Shown here one piece after another: positions 10,991-25,000 of a stretch of 64,000 nt of DNA (the stretch's first letter is position 1; the number at the start of each line of letters is the position of its first letter). The notes beneath the pieces were generated by a model. The model saw only the letters and a program-made list of their open reading frames with translations. It did no database searches and had not been told where the DNA came from. Both the position numbers and the translations under genes were made by a program. Source of the DNA: Selaginella moellendorffii (lineage: Eukaryota; Plantae; Lycopodiophyta); contig NW_003314300.1 of the NCBI RefSeq assembly GCF_000143415.4, positions 387,581-451,580 on the forward strand. The letters are read 5' to 3'.

Positions 10991-11920
10991 CTACAGTCCC
11001 AATTCCCTCTCAAAGTCGTCGTCCTCTTCAAAGAGTTTGATGAAGCGAGCCTGCTGTTCTTCGCGTTTCTTCTGCTGCCACTTCGTGTAGCCGACGATGC
11101 CGAGACCCGCGACCATGAGAAAGCTAAAGAGGGCCACCAGCGCTGTGATCGCTGCTCTTCCATGGCCGGAAGAGGGAGCTTGAGGCTCGTCATTGCTAGA
11201 ACCTGAGTCTGGAGCGTCTAGCAACAAAACGAAAGGAAAGTCATACAAGGAAAGCAAGCAAAGAAGGAAGAACTCTCACCGAGCGACTGAAGAAACGTTG
11301 CATTGAATTCACCCTTTTTGAAGTGGAAGTACCGGCCACTCTTGTCGAAATCGTCTGGGCAGAGCTCCCACTCGTCGAAAACGCCGTCTTTGAGGAACTC
11401 GTTCTTCTCATACACTCCACACCGCTTGCATCTCACACCGACGAGCGATGTAAGTGGCTGAAGTAAATAAAATAGACTTGGATGAGAACTCTAGAAAAGA
11501 AACGATCGAAGCAAGCAGAAAAACTATCGAGACTAAAACTTGGATGAGAACTTTCGAAAAGAAGCGATGATCATCGCAGCAAGCAAAAAAAAATCGAGAC
11601 TACACTATTTGGAGCGAGCAAACTTACTTGCCAGGATTCATGGCCAGCAAATTTGTAAATCCGGTCCTTCTCCTTCACATCGGGCAAATCCACCTTGTTC
11701 TCGTCCCTACACTTGAAATACAAACTCGGCTTGTGCCCCAGCCATTCGTGCGTCCGGAAAATCGCTAGCGATTCTAGAGTAACATTCTGCGCAGAGACTC
11801 CTACACAAGAAAATCAACAATCTCGCCTAGAAATCGCCAGAACTATCCATCATACGCACCTAGGCAGCAGCTGATGATCTCCAGCGCGCACAGCGCGATC
11901 CAGCAGCGAAGAGCACCCAT
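10991..11920 (-). CDS. Uncharacterised plant type-I single-pass membrane protein
   Basis: Signal peptide, then VTLESLAIFRTHEWLG...YFKC...LPDVK...ESWQPLT...CKRCG.YE...FDEWELCP, a TM helix, and tail KKREEQQARFIKLFEEDDD. Confidence 0.8.
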
Positions 11921-12022
11921 TCTCCTCCCAAACCCTAATTTCCCCGATATATTCTTTTAATATTCTTTAAGATTCTATATGAGCTGCCGCCTTGGCATTT
12001 GGCCAGCGTTTAGGGTTCCTCG

Positions 12023-13200
12023 ATGGAGCCATCGCCGACGATGCTGGATCCTGGCGTGGGAGTTCTATCCCCGGGCGTGGCTTCGGGCGCGGGGATCACA
12101 TCCGGATTCCCGCAGTGCGTCGCGGCGACGAGCGCTGGCGCGGGATTCAAGCAGAACGTCTTCATCCTCCGCCACGGCGAGCGCCGGGACGATGTCGACA
12201 AGGAGTGGCTCGCGAATGCGTCGCGTCCCTGGGATCCGCCGCTCACCGATGCGGGTAAGAAGCAGGCCTGGAATGCGGGGAGGAAGCTCCGGCTCGCGGG
12301 ATTTGAGATCAACAGAGTTTTGATCTCCCCGTATCTTCGATGCGTCCAAACGGCTGCCGAGGCGATCATGGCGCTTTGCGTGAATCAGACTGATCTGGGG
12401 AACGATAGCAGCACTGGAGTTGTGATTGATCCCTCCAAGGTGAAGGTAAGCAAGCAAGAACTTTTCCTTTCTTCTCTCCCTTGTGCTTTTCGTCTCAAAC
12501 TTTTTTCTTTTCTTCCTTGAGCTGCCTCTTGTCTTTCTGGGAGTGCTTGATCTCAAACTTTTGCTTTGTTTTCCATAGGCTTCGATCGAGTTTGGTCTCT
12601 CGGAGGTCATGAACAGCATTGCTATAAGATTTCCACGCTCCTCTCCGGATGTTCCTTGGATACTTGATCTTGGCGAACTCCAGTCACTGCTGCCCGCTGG
12701 AACTCTGGATGCAGTGGCACAGTCTATGTGGCCACAGGTACTGTTCTTTCGCTTTTCAAGGAGAAAAGAATTGATTTTTTCGTCCTTTTAGCTGCCAGAA
12801 TGGCCAGAGGAAACCGAGGCTTCTCATGTGAGATACGGGAAAACTTTCCGAGCGGCCGCTGATAGGTTCCCCGGAGAGAACATCCTGTGCGTTACACACG
12901 GTACTTTTCTATTCTTCTTGGCCCTGTCAACCGAGAAACGATAAGATCACGCGAAGAACTTTTCGTGTTTCTCATCATTGGTTTTGGTTTTGCTTGCTTC
13001 CAGGTGAAGGAGTCGCAGTTTCGGTGTCCCACTTGCAGCCAGTGCTGGTCTACGGCGTCGACTACTGCGCTTGCTCGCACTGGCAACGCACAGTCCGAGA
13101 GATCGATGGAAAGCTGAGCGCTGGCGAGTTCGAGCTTCGCACGGAGCCGCTCGAGTCGGGTGTTTTGTTCGGGGACGTTTTCAAAGAAGTTCCCGCGTAG
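12023..13200 (+). CDS. Histidine phosphatase / phosphoglycerate mutase-like protein (multi-exon)
   Basis: LRHGER catalytic motif, WDPPLT, SPYLRCVQTA and VTHGEG across GT-AG introns. Confidence 0.88.
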
Positions 13201-13460
13201 AAGAGCATACAAAAATACTTGTACGATATTGGAATGGAGCCACGATTCCAAAGAATAATCTCGTGAACTTAATTACAAAGAATAATCTCGTGTTCTTGAA
13301 AGAACCAAGTTTCCAGGAAGTAAAGTTTACTCTCTTTTAGTGGAAAGTTACGTTATAATCCATCAACGTAACAGCCACGGCAGCGTGAGAGCGTCCGTCC
13401 ACGACGTGAATCGTGGAATATCGAAGAGTTATTTTCAGCATTCGAGGCAGAGAGACGACT

Positions 13461-14951
13461 ATGGTGAAGAAGCGATGGGTCGGGAACTCGGTGGTGATCC
13501 TTCTCCTGGCACTCTTCTTCTTCCGAGAGATCATCGTGGACACTTTCTTCCCTCTTGGCACCTGGACGAGGACGAGTTCTTCCACAGACCCTTCACTCCT
13601 GATCCAAAGGTCTGCTGCTCTTCCCGTAGCTCCAGTCCCGCTGAGACAAGCCTTCGCAGGAAGAACTCTCAACGTCTCCGACCGTGTTCTAGAGCTAGCT
13701 CCTCCGGGGATTAGAACAGAGTTCGAGGAGAACAGGAACGTCGACGGCTATGGACTCACAGTCGTCAGAAACGCTTGCTTTCTTCCTGGAGGAGAGATCG
13801 TGTTAGTAAACATCACAGACGAGTACCTCAACCAGACGCTCTCGGCATCGCCCAAGCTCCAGGAACTCTGGAGCGCCGGTTACAATTCCACTTGCGGGTG
13901 GTGCCAGAAGACCGGTTCGCAGCTCTCGCCGGAGGCTCCAGAGGGCGCTCGGTGGATCCCCGGGAACACCACCCACATCCTTCCATACTTGGGGAACGTC
14001 TTCCACAACTTTGCCGAGCGGATCTGGCCACACCTGGCGTCGCACCACCCCCCGCTCAACCAGACAGCCATGCAGCCGATCAATCACTTCCTGATCCACA
14101 AGTTCACCACCTGGATCGAGCAGGCCGACGCCGGAAACCACGAGCGCGAGAACTTCATGCTCCAGTTCCGGGTACTGGCCGAGCTCTCCCCCGGCTCGGA
14201 CTTCGTCGTCATGGACTCGGCCGGCCAGAACCACCCCGTTTGCTTCGAGCGGATCACACTGTCTTGCTCCTCCTGCGACCGGATGTCCACCACCCTCGGC
14301 CACCAAGTCTTCTCGGCCTCCATCACCTCGTACCGCGAGGCCGCCTTTAAGTTCTTCGGCGTCCCGGAGCCAGCGGTCTCGGCTCCACCCCGGCCACTAA
14401 GAGTAGCGTTCTACGGCCGCAGTGACACGAGAAGACGTCGAGTAGCAAACGCTGGCGAGGTGATGGAACACCTCCGAGCTTGGGACAGTCCACCGCTTGA
14501 TATCCTCTTCCTGGACGAGCTTCTTTCGGACAAGCGTTACAACCAGACCATGCCGGAGGCGGTGGCGCTCTTCTCACACACCGATGTGCTCGTCACTGTT
14601 CATGGAGCGAATACTTGGGCGACTATGTTCATGCCACGCCGTGCTGCTGTGATCGAGATATACGGCCCCTGCGGCCCCGGGACTTGGATCGACAACGTCG
14701 CGAGAGCTCTCGATCTTAAGCACGACACGACGTCGAATCCATGGCGAGACAAGGTGGCCTCTCCTCTGGCTGGAAACACCACCCAGTGTGAGGGAGCTAT
14801 ACAAACTCCAGACTTCACCTTGGATACGATCAAGCTGGACGAGGCCATCGCAAAGTTGGCGCTGCCTACGGGGCCCTTGGATCGGATTCCACTGCACTGG
14901 TTATACGACTGGAAGAAACGAGCGTACGCTACTCACTTGGTGGAGGGGTGA
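13461..14951 (+). CDS. Glycosyltransferase family 61 protein (type II membrane, intronless)
   Basis: N-terminal TM anchor, NVFHNF, RRRVAN, and DVLVTVHGANTWATMFMPRRAAVIEI (GT61/DUF563 signature). Confidence 0.8.
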   Translation: MVKKRWVGNSVVILLLALFFFREIIVDTFFPLGTWTRTSSSTDPSLLIQRSAALPVAPVPLRQAFAGRTLNVSDRVLELAPPGIRTEFEENRNVDGYGLTVVRNACFLPGGEIVLVNITDEYLNQTLSASPKLQELWSAGYNSTCGWCQKTGSQLSPEAPEGARWIPGNTTHILPYLGNVFHNFAERIWPHLASHHPPLNQTAMQPINHFLIHKFTTWIEQADAGNHERENFMLQFRVLAELSPGSDFVVMDSAGQNHPVCFERITLSCSSCDRMSTTLGHQVFSASITSYREAAFKFFGVPEPAVSAPPRPLRVAFYGRSDTRRRRVANAGEVMEHLRAWDSPPLDILFLDELLSDKRYNQTMPEAVALFSHTDVLVTVHGANTWATMFMPRRAAVIEIYGPCGPGTWIDNVARALDLKHDTTSNPWRDKVASPLAGNTTQCEGAIQTPDFTLDTIKLDEAIAKLALPTGPLDRIPLHWLYDWKKRAYATHLVEG

Positions 14952-15259
14952 CTAATCAAAGACGAGTTCTTTCGTGGTTTTCCTGAAAGCAGCCATTCTT
15001 TCAATAAAGTTAACATCCAGATCTCAGGAAACGTTACCCATCGAAGTAGCTCTAGGAAGAACACTCAAAAAGAAAAGTGTGAGAGAGCATGAAAAAAACC
15101 AGAGTGTTCACAGGCACCACACGCTGTCACCAACAAAAAAAGAGCAAAAACACCGTCACCTCTTTACTGGAAGAAAAGGAAAACATGCCTGGACTTTTCG
15201 AAAGAAATTCTTTTTTTCTTTCTTTGATCAGCTGCTAACGCAGCGGTAGAGACCACTGC

Positions 15260-16974
15260 TCAACACGAGTAAAGCACCGGTTGCGAAGTGTCAGTGCTTC
15301 GGGGGAGCGATAGATGCCGCCCGACGAGAAATGGCTCGTGCATGACGATATATGCTGCGTTGAGGCTGCACGGAACGCAAAGTTAGAGAACACTCAAAGT
15401 TCATGGATATGGCTTCTCTACTCACGTATCAATGTCGGGTGGCGTCAAGGGATCGAAAACCTCGTTGTTAGGATCATACATTGCATACGGATCGCCCTGG
15501 CAGTGGCAGAGAAAAACTTAAATCAAGCAAGAACAATGTTTTTCGCATTTACCGGTTGCATATAGCCTCCATATCCTTGGTAGCCTTGATATCCAGCATA
15601 ACTATACGTAGAGTCTTGGCCTTGTGTGTATCCATAGCCATCGTATCCATATCCATAATAGCCCTGAGATGGATCACCACCCCATCCAGCGGGATACTGT
15701 CAGAGAAAAATTATTTAGAAGAAGTAAAAACACCGAAGAAGAAAAAGAAAAACATCTGAGAAACCTGTTTATTTGCGGTTCTCCCCCACGACAATCTGAT
15801 AGCTTGCTGCCTGATCATGGTACCATGAAGTTTTCCTAATGCTTCCTCGGCGCACGATCTGACAAACGAGTAAAAGGTTTTCTCTCAATACAAAGCTTGC
15901 AAGTGTCGGCAGTGCTACCTGTGAGTAAACTGGACAAATCCACAGCCTTTCCCCGGAGGTATCTTGACATAAACAAGCTCGCCAAACTCACCAAAAGTTT
16001 TCTGGAGCTCCTCCTCGGACACTGCGGGGTCCAGACCACCAACAAATATCTACCAGAAATAAAAGAGGAAGCATTAGAAAAGTGCAAGAGAGAAAAATTC
16101 TGCTGGACTCACGGTTGTGTTGTTCGGATCATTGTCGTTTGGCACATTCTGTAGAGGTGAAGTCGCAAAAGTGGTCACTGAAAAAGAGAGAGACGAAGAA
16201 AAAAGCTGTGAGCTACGTTGATAGAAAACGAAGAAACTCTCACCTTTTTGTGGAGCTGGCGCGCTCGGGATCAAAGCCTTCTTCGGAGTAGCTGCATTAA
16301 TCCGCATGGGACGGCTGGAGCAGTAGATCCCATTCATCTCGGACATGGCCCGGACCCTCTCCGAGTCGTCGGCAAAGCGGACGAATCCATAGCCTTTGGA
16401 GCGCCCTGTGGCGACGTCAGTGACGACTTTAGCACCTCTAACAGACGGGTACCGCGTTCTAAACGTCTCCTGGAGCATATAGTCGGTCACGTCGGGTGCC
16501 AGGTCGCCGACGAAGATGGAGTTCTCGGGGCCTCCCTCGGGGCGGCGCTCGCCAATCCCAAAGTAGGCCCAGTTGAGGCGGAAGAGCTGCTCGGTCTGCG
16601 GCATCTGGGTGCCCGTGAACGCCGTCAGCACCCTCTCGGCGCATGCATGCGACGCAAACTCCACGAATCCATACCCCTCGGGGAAGCCCGACGCCTTGTT
16701 CCTGATGATCTTGGCGCTCACCAGCTGCTAGAGCAAGAATGCCGAGCGACGCGGTGCCACAAGCGCCAAGAAGAGCGAAGGATTTAGCAAAGGAAAGAAA
16801 GGGAAAACGAAAGAAAGAAGGCGATCGATGCATTCTTACCTCGCCAGTGCTGCTGAAGATGGAATTGAGGTAGCTCTCATCCATCCAGTACTGGAGATCG
16901 CCTACCCACAGCGTCTTCATGTCGATCGGCGGCTGCTGGCTCCATTGCTGCGCGCTCGCGTCGGGCGAATGCAT
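15260..16974 (-). CDS. RBP45/47-family three-RRM RNA-binding protein (RBP47B'-like C-terminus)
   Basis: KTLWVGDLQYWMDE, GYGFVEF, SIFVGDLAPDVTD, KGYGFVRF, a third RRM and a Y/G-rich region. Tail reads DPLTPPDIDTLNAAY...YSC* (stop 15260-15262). Confidence 0.9.
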
Positions 16975-18869
16975 CTCACTGACTGACCTAAAAGCACCCC
17001 TTGACCTAAAACGTTAAAACCAAACGAGAAATAGGGAAACGGAAATGAAAAATGCTCTATCTTTTTACTATATTTTTATAGAGATTGAAAACAGATATTT
17101 AGTAAAGAAAATTTATAAATATATATTAATTTAATTAATTAATATAATATATAAACTATTTATTTGAAAATGAATATGGTCCATTTATTCTTGTTTATAA
17201 GCAAAAGTCTAAACCTTAACTAATATATCTATTAATCAATTACATTGGTGAAAGTAAGGGATAATAAGACAAAGTTTTTTTAACAATATTTTCCTTGATG
17301 CTCAAGATTGTGCCTTTTTTTTATTATTTTGTTCTAGATTTATGTTAGTTTTTTGTTAAATCTAGAATTATAATTATTAAATCTATTATTCCTTTTCAAT
17401 CTTAATTACATTTTTTTCCTACATCATACCATGTCATCATCAATCAAAAAGTATATCACTTAAGACTATTGATGTTACTTCATTAGATCAAGGTTTTAAT
17501 ATTATGGGGTGTGATTATATTAATATTTTACCCAACCTTGATGTATTGCTATTATCATTTTATATGGGATGTGATTATATAACATTTTTTATTCTTGATG
17601 TCCTACTATCTTTTATTGATGTTGAGTATGATTATAAATTTTAATGGGACTCACAACCAGAGAAATGCACCCAATTCAAAACTTTGGTAAAAGTGATTCA
17701 ACCTTTGAATAGGGGAATATTTAATGCTAAAATTGATCAAACACTAATAAAAAAAAAAGAAATATTATTTTCTTTATATAATCTTTTCTGACCTTTTCAT
17801 TTCTCATGTGTTTTTTTTTTCTTCCTCTTCTACATCATTTCCTTTTCCTATCATATCAATTGTTTATGACTTTTATAACATTCTTAGTTTGTTGTTGTGT
17901 GTTTTGTGTTCTCTTCATACTAATTTAGATGTTAAACATAATTAATTGCAAAGTTATGAATGGAAAATATTTAAAGATTGAACTTATGGGAAGATAATGT
18001 ATATTAACTCAAGTGGATTTTTAATATTGATAAATTACTTCAAAACGATAATAATCAATTGAAGACTTTATAGAGTAAGTGTCAATTTTTAAATTTATTA
18101 TATGATTCTTTCTTTTTGCCTTCTACATTTTTATTTTACTAGTGCTACTAAAAAGTTCTTTTATTCACTTGAGAATGTGGATTTTTTTTAATTTTCCCAT
18201 CTCAAGTGTTGAATTTGATGTTTAGAAGGTTGAGTGTGTAAATATTTATTTTATAAACCTTTATTATCCAAATTTTTTGCTTAGATGGAATTTTTTATAA
18301 GAAAAAGTCCCTTATTAAGCTTTTAAAACTTATATGAAATAGATTTATTTTTAGCTAAGAAAAAGTCAAAATAATTATTATATACCTCAGTAACTTGTTA
18401 TGCTTTTCAAAAATCCTTCAGCTTTTCTCATATCTTAAAAGAACTTCACATCCAAAAGAACATAAAAATAAAATTTTTAAATTCATAAATTTAATAAAAA
18501 GGATTTTAATTATGTTTTGCAATTAACTCCTTTATATATTGCATCTCAACATAACAATTGTTAAAATGCTTCAAATTTTACAACACAACCATTTACTCAT
18601 GTGTACCTTAAAAATATATAAAATTCTAACCTAAAAACTCTTATGTTAAAACTTTATAAAGAAAATAAAAGCTTTCTTTTCCTTTTAGTTAAAAGTTGGT
18701 TGGCTAGCATACATTTTTTGAAGTATTTAAAAACCCACTATTCAAAAAAAATTTAAATAGTTTTTAAGGTCTTGTTTTGCATTCTTTGATATTCTTTAAA
18801 AAATTAAAAAGGTTTTAATTCTCTTTTTGTTGATCTTTAAGAGTATATTAATTGCTAAAGTGTTAAACC

Positions 18870-20150
18870 TAACAGAAAATATATTTGTGTTACCCAAAAA
18901 TTTTATATATATTTTTTGATAACTGGACTTAGGATTTGAAGCCATAGTTAGTTGAAAACTAAATACACAATAAATCCCATTAATCACCACTTCTTTAATG
19001 GCATTTAGTATTTCATGAACTTTATTTATAGGAAAATGCAAAATCATTTCACTTCCCCCTTCAAACTTTTTATAGTTGAATTTTTTATTAAAAAATTTCA
19101 ATTAAATTTGGGAGCAAAAAGTAAAAATTGCATATCCAAATAAAACATATTTTTTTTACTAGTTAGATTGTCACATCAATGCTAAAGTGTATAATTTAGC
19201 ACAAAATACATTTTTATTGTAATCTAAACCACTTTAAAAATTTTATATGTGTATTTTGATAAATGAATTTGGGATTTAAAGACACAGTTATTTGCCAACA
19301 ATGCATATAGTAAACCCCTTTAATTACAACTTCTATAATGGTATTTAGTGTTTTTTGAACTGTATTTGTAAGCAAATGAAAAATCATTTCACTCCTTCCT
19401 TCAAATTTTTTTTAATTAAATTTTTCTTTAAAAACTTAAATTGTTTTTGGTTTCCAAGCCTAAACATTTAGGAGCATAAAACAAGAATTGCACATACAAA
19501 TAAAATATATTTTTTTTAATAACCAGTCTGTTACATTAGTGCCAAGATGTCTAATATAACACAAAATATATTTGATTGTCAGCTAAACATATATCAAACC
19601 CTATTAATTACCATTTCTTTAATAGCATTTAATGTTTCATGAGTTTTATTTATAAGAAAATGAAAAATCATTTTATTTCTACTTTCAAATTTTTTTTAGT
19701 TGAATGTTCTTTTTAAAACTTGAATTGTTTTTGTTTTTCAAGCCCAAGTTTCAATTAAATCTAGGAGCATAAAGCAAAAATTGCACATCCAAATAAGACA
19801 CATTTTTTATACTAACTAGCTTATTACATCAGTGCCAAAATGTCCGATCTAACATAAAATACATTTATATTGCCCTCGAAACTATTCTAAAAATTTTATA
19901 TATGTATTTTGATAAGTGAACCCGGGATTTAAAGTTATAATTAATTAACAAAACACATAGTAAACTCTATTAATCACCACTTTTCTAATGGTATATAATG
20001 TTTTATGAGCTTTATTTTTAAGCAAAATAAAATCATCTCACTTCCCCCTTTAAGTTTTTTTTAGTTGAATATTTCTTTAAAAACTTGAATTGTTTTCATT
20101 TTCCAAGTTTAAAGTTCAATTAGATTTAGGAGCATAAAACAAAAATTACA
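18870..20150. repeat. Degenerate AT-rich tandem repeat, ~4 units of ~280-365 bp
   Basis: Block AAAATCATTTCACT(T/C)C..CTTCAAA.TTTTT.AGTTGAA...GGAGCA.AAA..AAAATTGCA.AT.CAAATAA recurs near 19040, 19380, 19663 and 20029. Confidence 0.75.
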
Positions 20151-20559
20151 ACAACAAAATTGCATCATTTTACATTTAAATTGTTATATAGGTTTATACA
20201 ACATTTTGTAAATAGTTGTGAATGATATATGAAGTTTTTCTATGATTGAAAATGCATCCCATATTATCTCTAAATGGAAAATAAATGCTCAACTAAATTA
20301 ATATATTTATTATTTGAGAGCTTGGGATGGGCATAATGTAAGGGATTTTTGTTGAAGGCTCAAATAGGAGATTCAAATGGTAAAAAGTTAAGAGGAAAAA
20401 GATACAACATGTTTACAAAGTTTCAAAATAATTTAATAATGAATATTGAAGATTTATGGCTTAAAAGTTTTAATAAATTTCAAATTTTGAGTATCACTTA
20501 CGAAAAATAATGGGGGAAGGAAACAACATTTAAAAAATCTCATTAAAAATGAATGAAAC

Positions 20560-21010
20560 ACCATAGGAGTAATAAAATAACATTTTAGTGGTAACATTTG
20601 CAAATACTTCGATTAACATTTGGAAGATGAAAGCAATGTTTGGAAAGAAAAGTAACATTTTTGGAAAATGTGCACACAACACTTGGATGAAGGAAATACT
20701 TAGAAAGGATGCAACAGAAGCAACACTTGGTAAGTATACAATAACACTTGGATGGATGTAACACTTGGTGAAAATGCAACACTTGATAGCAATATAAAGA
20801 TGGAGGAAATACTTGGTGAAGATGTAACCTTTAGTGGTAATATAAAGATGGAGGAAACACTAAGATGCAACACATTTAGAGCAACAATTTGATATAACAT
20901 TTGGTGGCAACACTTAAAGGTAACACTTGGAAGTAACACTAGAATGCAACACTTGGAGCAAACTTAGAGGCAACATTAAGATGAAACACTTGAATAAGGC
21001 AATACTTGAA
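20560..21010. repeat. Degenerate minisatellite built on AACACTTGG/AACATTTGG
   Basis: About 20 occurrences of (C/T)AACA(C/T)TT(G/A)G at irregular 10-25 bp spacing. Confidence 0.7.
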
Positions 21011-21167
21011 ATAATAGGTAGAGATGAATAAATGTTGCATGTATAGGGGATTTGTATATTTCCTTTTCAATACTAGATTTGGAGGAAATTTGTGATATTT
21101 TTCTAGTCTCTATGGCAAAGTTAAAACTTTTTCGAAAATGAGCTAGCATACTTATCCCATATAGGAA

Positions 21168-21495
21168 TGTAACACATATGATCATGGGATGAGATTTAAA
21201 TATATTATTACCATGGATCTTTAAAACTTTGGAGGATAAATGAGGATAAAATAACCATTGTAAAGGCTTTGTTATCAAGCAATTACCTCTTTTCCAATTA
21301 ACTTAAGAGAAGAGAGATAGGGGGTGTTACATGTGGTATCAAAACAAATGGCACATGTTTAATTCTTATTGATTAATGGCTGTTTAAATATAATATACTC
21401 TTAAGGAGCATTCACGGATGAAGTTATCTACCATGGGATTGCGGTAAGGGAGGGCAGGGAGACAATGAGTGTAGTGTATGTGATCATAAGATGGT
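21168..21495 (+). mobile_element. TRIM-like non-autonomous LTR element (LTR, PBS, short internal region, truncated second LTR)
   Basis: 164-bp LTR 21168-21331 with inverted ends TGTAACAC...GTGTTACA, a degenerate tRNA-iMet PBS TGGTATCAAAAC at 21334, a purine tract, and a second LTR start TGTAGTGTATGTGATCAT at 21470. Confidence 0.75.
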
Positions 21496-23964
21496 TTGTT
21501 TTGAGTTCACTTAATTTAAATCTAAGAGTTGCAATTACATCATTATTAGACATCATTTTGGCACTAAAGGCACCTTAGTGGTGGAATGCTCTATAATGAA
21601 TTTCACATGTCATAGAGCATAGTAGGTGATTTCAAGTTTTGTTGTGAAATCACTTGAAAGTTAAATGACTGAAGAGCTATATTAAGCATTTATGTTTGTA
21701 GTTTCACTAGTTTCATTTTGTGGAAGTGTTTTCTGGATGTTTTATTTAGTCCCTATGAAACATTGGGGAATATACATATACATTTCAACAAATATGCGGG
21801 ATTCTACCAAGCATTTCCACCAATTGATTTTTGTCAAATTCGTCACAAAGAGACTGATATGTACAAAAATGATTGGTTTTAATATTTCATTCATGACCTT
21901 TCCACCATCAATAATGAAAAAGATTGTTTCCGACAACCTTCTAACCCATTCAGTTATTTTGTCCATGTCCTCTTGAATTCTAGCAAATAACTCAAGCTTT
22001 ATTGGATCATGGAGGAATGTAAAAATGAGAGAAGTGTATAAAGACATTAGAGAGCATGCAAGCAAATACTTGATATAGGATAGGATATACAAGTTTTCTA
22101 GCACCAACTTCTACTCTCAATTTTACATCTTTCACAACTTCTATATTGTTAGGGCCTAGATGCTTAGCTCTAGCATTTGTATCTTCTGAAGAAGAGAAAG
22201 CATGTTCTACAAAGACACCCTATTCCATGCAAGTTGTTATCCATCTCCTCTATTTCTCCTAGAGCTTCTATGGATGCATTGGCTGTCCAAGATGTCATGT
22301 TGTAACCCTAATTATGCAAGAATTCATAAACATGATATCATAGGTACACATCTAATTTTATCAACATACTAGATATTGCCAGCAAATGCTAGGTATGCAC
22401 ATAAATCATCAGATAGATATGAAATTTGTGCTTTGTTCATTCAAGTCAATTAAAGAAATAATTACAATGATGCTATAGAATGTCAAGCATGTAGCTTCCA
22501 GTGCAAAGTCATGCAAAAAACCAAGCTGGAAGTCAGAACTATCCAGCATAGCATAAGAGGCTTTAGTGGTGGGAACTCATGAACCAAGGCAAGTCCATTT
22601 ATTAGTACATTTTATTGATGAGTTAGAGATGGTTGCTAGCCGAATTATATTTTTCACCAAACATTATTTAAGGGTTTTAAAATCTGTAATAAGGTAAAAA
22701 AACAAAATTTGAAGGAAAGAGGTGATGATATTTGTGAGACCCTCTATGAAACATGGTTCTTAGTTTTAAATTTGAAGTGTTGCATGCAAAGCCACTTGCT
22801 ATGTAAGAATAAACTGCAAAATAGATTTGCTGCCTGTTGGGAGAAAGAAGTGGTTGCAATGTGAAGGCAGTGAGTGATCTTGATTCCTGAAATAAAAATC
22901 TCCAAAGAAACCCTGATTGCCATTATCTTTTACCTGAAATTAAGATTAGTACTCTCCCGCTGGATTCTATGCTCCTGCAAGATGTGCTCTGTGTCAGAGA
23001 GAGAGAGCCACTCAGAAAAAAAAATGGCTGGACACATCTCACTCACACTTCCAATCCACCAGCCCACTGCTTGTGCTGGCTGTGAGCTAAACAAGCAGTA
23101 AAGCCCTACATGCATGGTACAATTGTCAATTCCCCTTCTTCCCTCCCGACCACCATGTCTGCTGCCCATTGGCTGCAAAAACATCCACTTGATTTTTCTT
23201 GAGAGCATGTCTTCCAAGGCTGCTAGGATCTGATGGCTCCCAGAGGCTGGGCTCTTCATTTTTATGGTAGTACAAACTTCAAAGTTTTGCCTTCTTACCA
23301 AATATTTTGAAACTTCTAAATAACACTCGATAAAGAATATTTATAGAGTTTTATTTCATACTAGTTCTTCAATAAACTAAAAATTTAAATCAGTTAGTAG
23401 GGGCACTGACTTTGGCTCCCATGCTGCTGAATGGATGGGCCGCAGGACCAATGGAGGCTTTCTGATCAGATTTTGACCTCCTCGATCACAAGAAAACATT
23501 ATGAAGGACTGCTAGGCCAAGTTTTGTACTAGTCCCTAGGGGACATTTGGGAGTAGTGTACATATCGCATTGCATCATGGATCACAAAAAGTTAATTTTA
23601 TATAATAATTTAGCGAGTTTAACAAGAAAAAACCTATTTGAATTCTTACTGGTCTAATGCTTGTCAAACCATCAGAAAAAAAGCTCTCAATATTCATGGC
23701 AAAGACAGATATTAATCTAGGTCTTTGTCTTTTAGTTTCTGTAATTTTATTCTTTCACTCCTCAATGTACAATTGCAGCTACTGTGCTTGGAACATAAAA
23801 TGCTATTTGCCATAGCAAGAGCAGAACACTTACATTTGCCAACCATATAATGACATTCAAGAGTACACCCAGCAGGTTTCTGGAACTTCGTTTCAAGAGG
23901 GGATAATAGCAGATCTAGTTGCCCATAGTTGACAAACACATCCGCATGATTGTCATAGTAGATC

Positions 23965-25000
23965 GCCACCCCATCACTCACCTTTCGCCTTACCTCTGAA
24001 TGGATCGGACGTATTGTCACTCTCTGGAAGGCCAGGTCACTGACAGTACGGGGATGCTTTGTGAACTACAATGACGTTGTTACCTGGCAGAAGCTCAGGC
24101 AAAAGTGGGTTGAAGCTCCGAGACAAGCCTTCTCCTGCCGCCTCTAGTAGTTGACGTTGTTGGCGGACAAGGCGTGATAGTCTTATACAAGGGCGAGGTT
24201 AGCAACATGACGGTCGAGCTTTGCAACATGGCAGTTATAGAGGCGAACATAACAATGGTGGCGAGACGCCGCAAGCAAAATGTATATGTCGAGGACGATG
24301 TTCTTCAGACGGCACTACCTCTATACACTGGCATAAAGGCGTCCGTGCCCATACAGCTCCAAATTGGCCACCTGGATTCGCAGACACTCGAAAACTCCAC
24401 TCAATCTTTGGACGAAGAAGCTTTTCTTCATGTTCACTATGCAGGTACGTATCCAGTTTATCTTGTGGAACTAACAAAAGGACATTTTTACAGGTTCTCG
24501 CACTCCTGAAAGGACTGACGAAGAACTCTCCTGATAGACGGCTGACTAGTCGTTTGAGGCTTCGAGTTCTTCAAGGCCTTCGTCTTGTCAATTCGCAGCT
24601 GCTGTCGATGGATATTCCTCTTCAACTAAGCAGTACTCTCCCTAGCGGACACTGGCAAGGCCGAAGCAAACGCCTGGATCCTTACAGTCAACGAGTTCTC
24701 GAGCTAGAGCTGTGGAATGGGACGGACGCTTTCTTTGAAGTGACAGTGGCCGTCAAAGGCGAAGAACTACGTGCCGGCACAAAAGTTGATAGGAAGCACT
24801 GTGCACGAGTGCTGGTCCCGTTGGAAAAATTCAAAGCTCTGGAGCACAGGAAGTGACCTCCATGATTGAGGAGCTGTGCTCGAGCATCTGCGTGAGGTGG
24901 TCGTCAGGGAAGAGCAGCAGCGGCGAGCTCCACTTGAAGAATGCACTCCGCGAGGCACTGAAAGACTCGTCCTCCTTCCGGATCCACTCGTATGCATTCT
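23965..25000 (+). pseudogene. TRS120: Internal fragment of TRAPP II subunit TRS120/TRAPPC9, disabled
   Basis: Matches the plant TRS120 central region: IVLYKGEV, LQTALPL, LHVHYAG, RRL..L.LRVLQGL..V..QLLSMDIP, RVLELELWN.TD.FFEV, TKVDRKHCARVLVPLEKFK, ICVRWSSGKSSSGELHLKNAL. It has frameshifts, a premature stop at 24854-24856 and no N- or C-terminus. One intron is retained (~24445-24493). Confidence 0.8.

Noticed and set aside
20560-21010. Short repeats with variable spacers resembling a CRISPR array
   Set aside because: The core is only ~9 bp, degenerate and irregularly spaced. The context is eukaryotic and no cas genes are present.
21742-22107. 121-aa minus-strand ORF in TE block
   Set aside because: Non-ATG start and no recognisable motif. 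Possibly decayed TE sequence, but unsupported.
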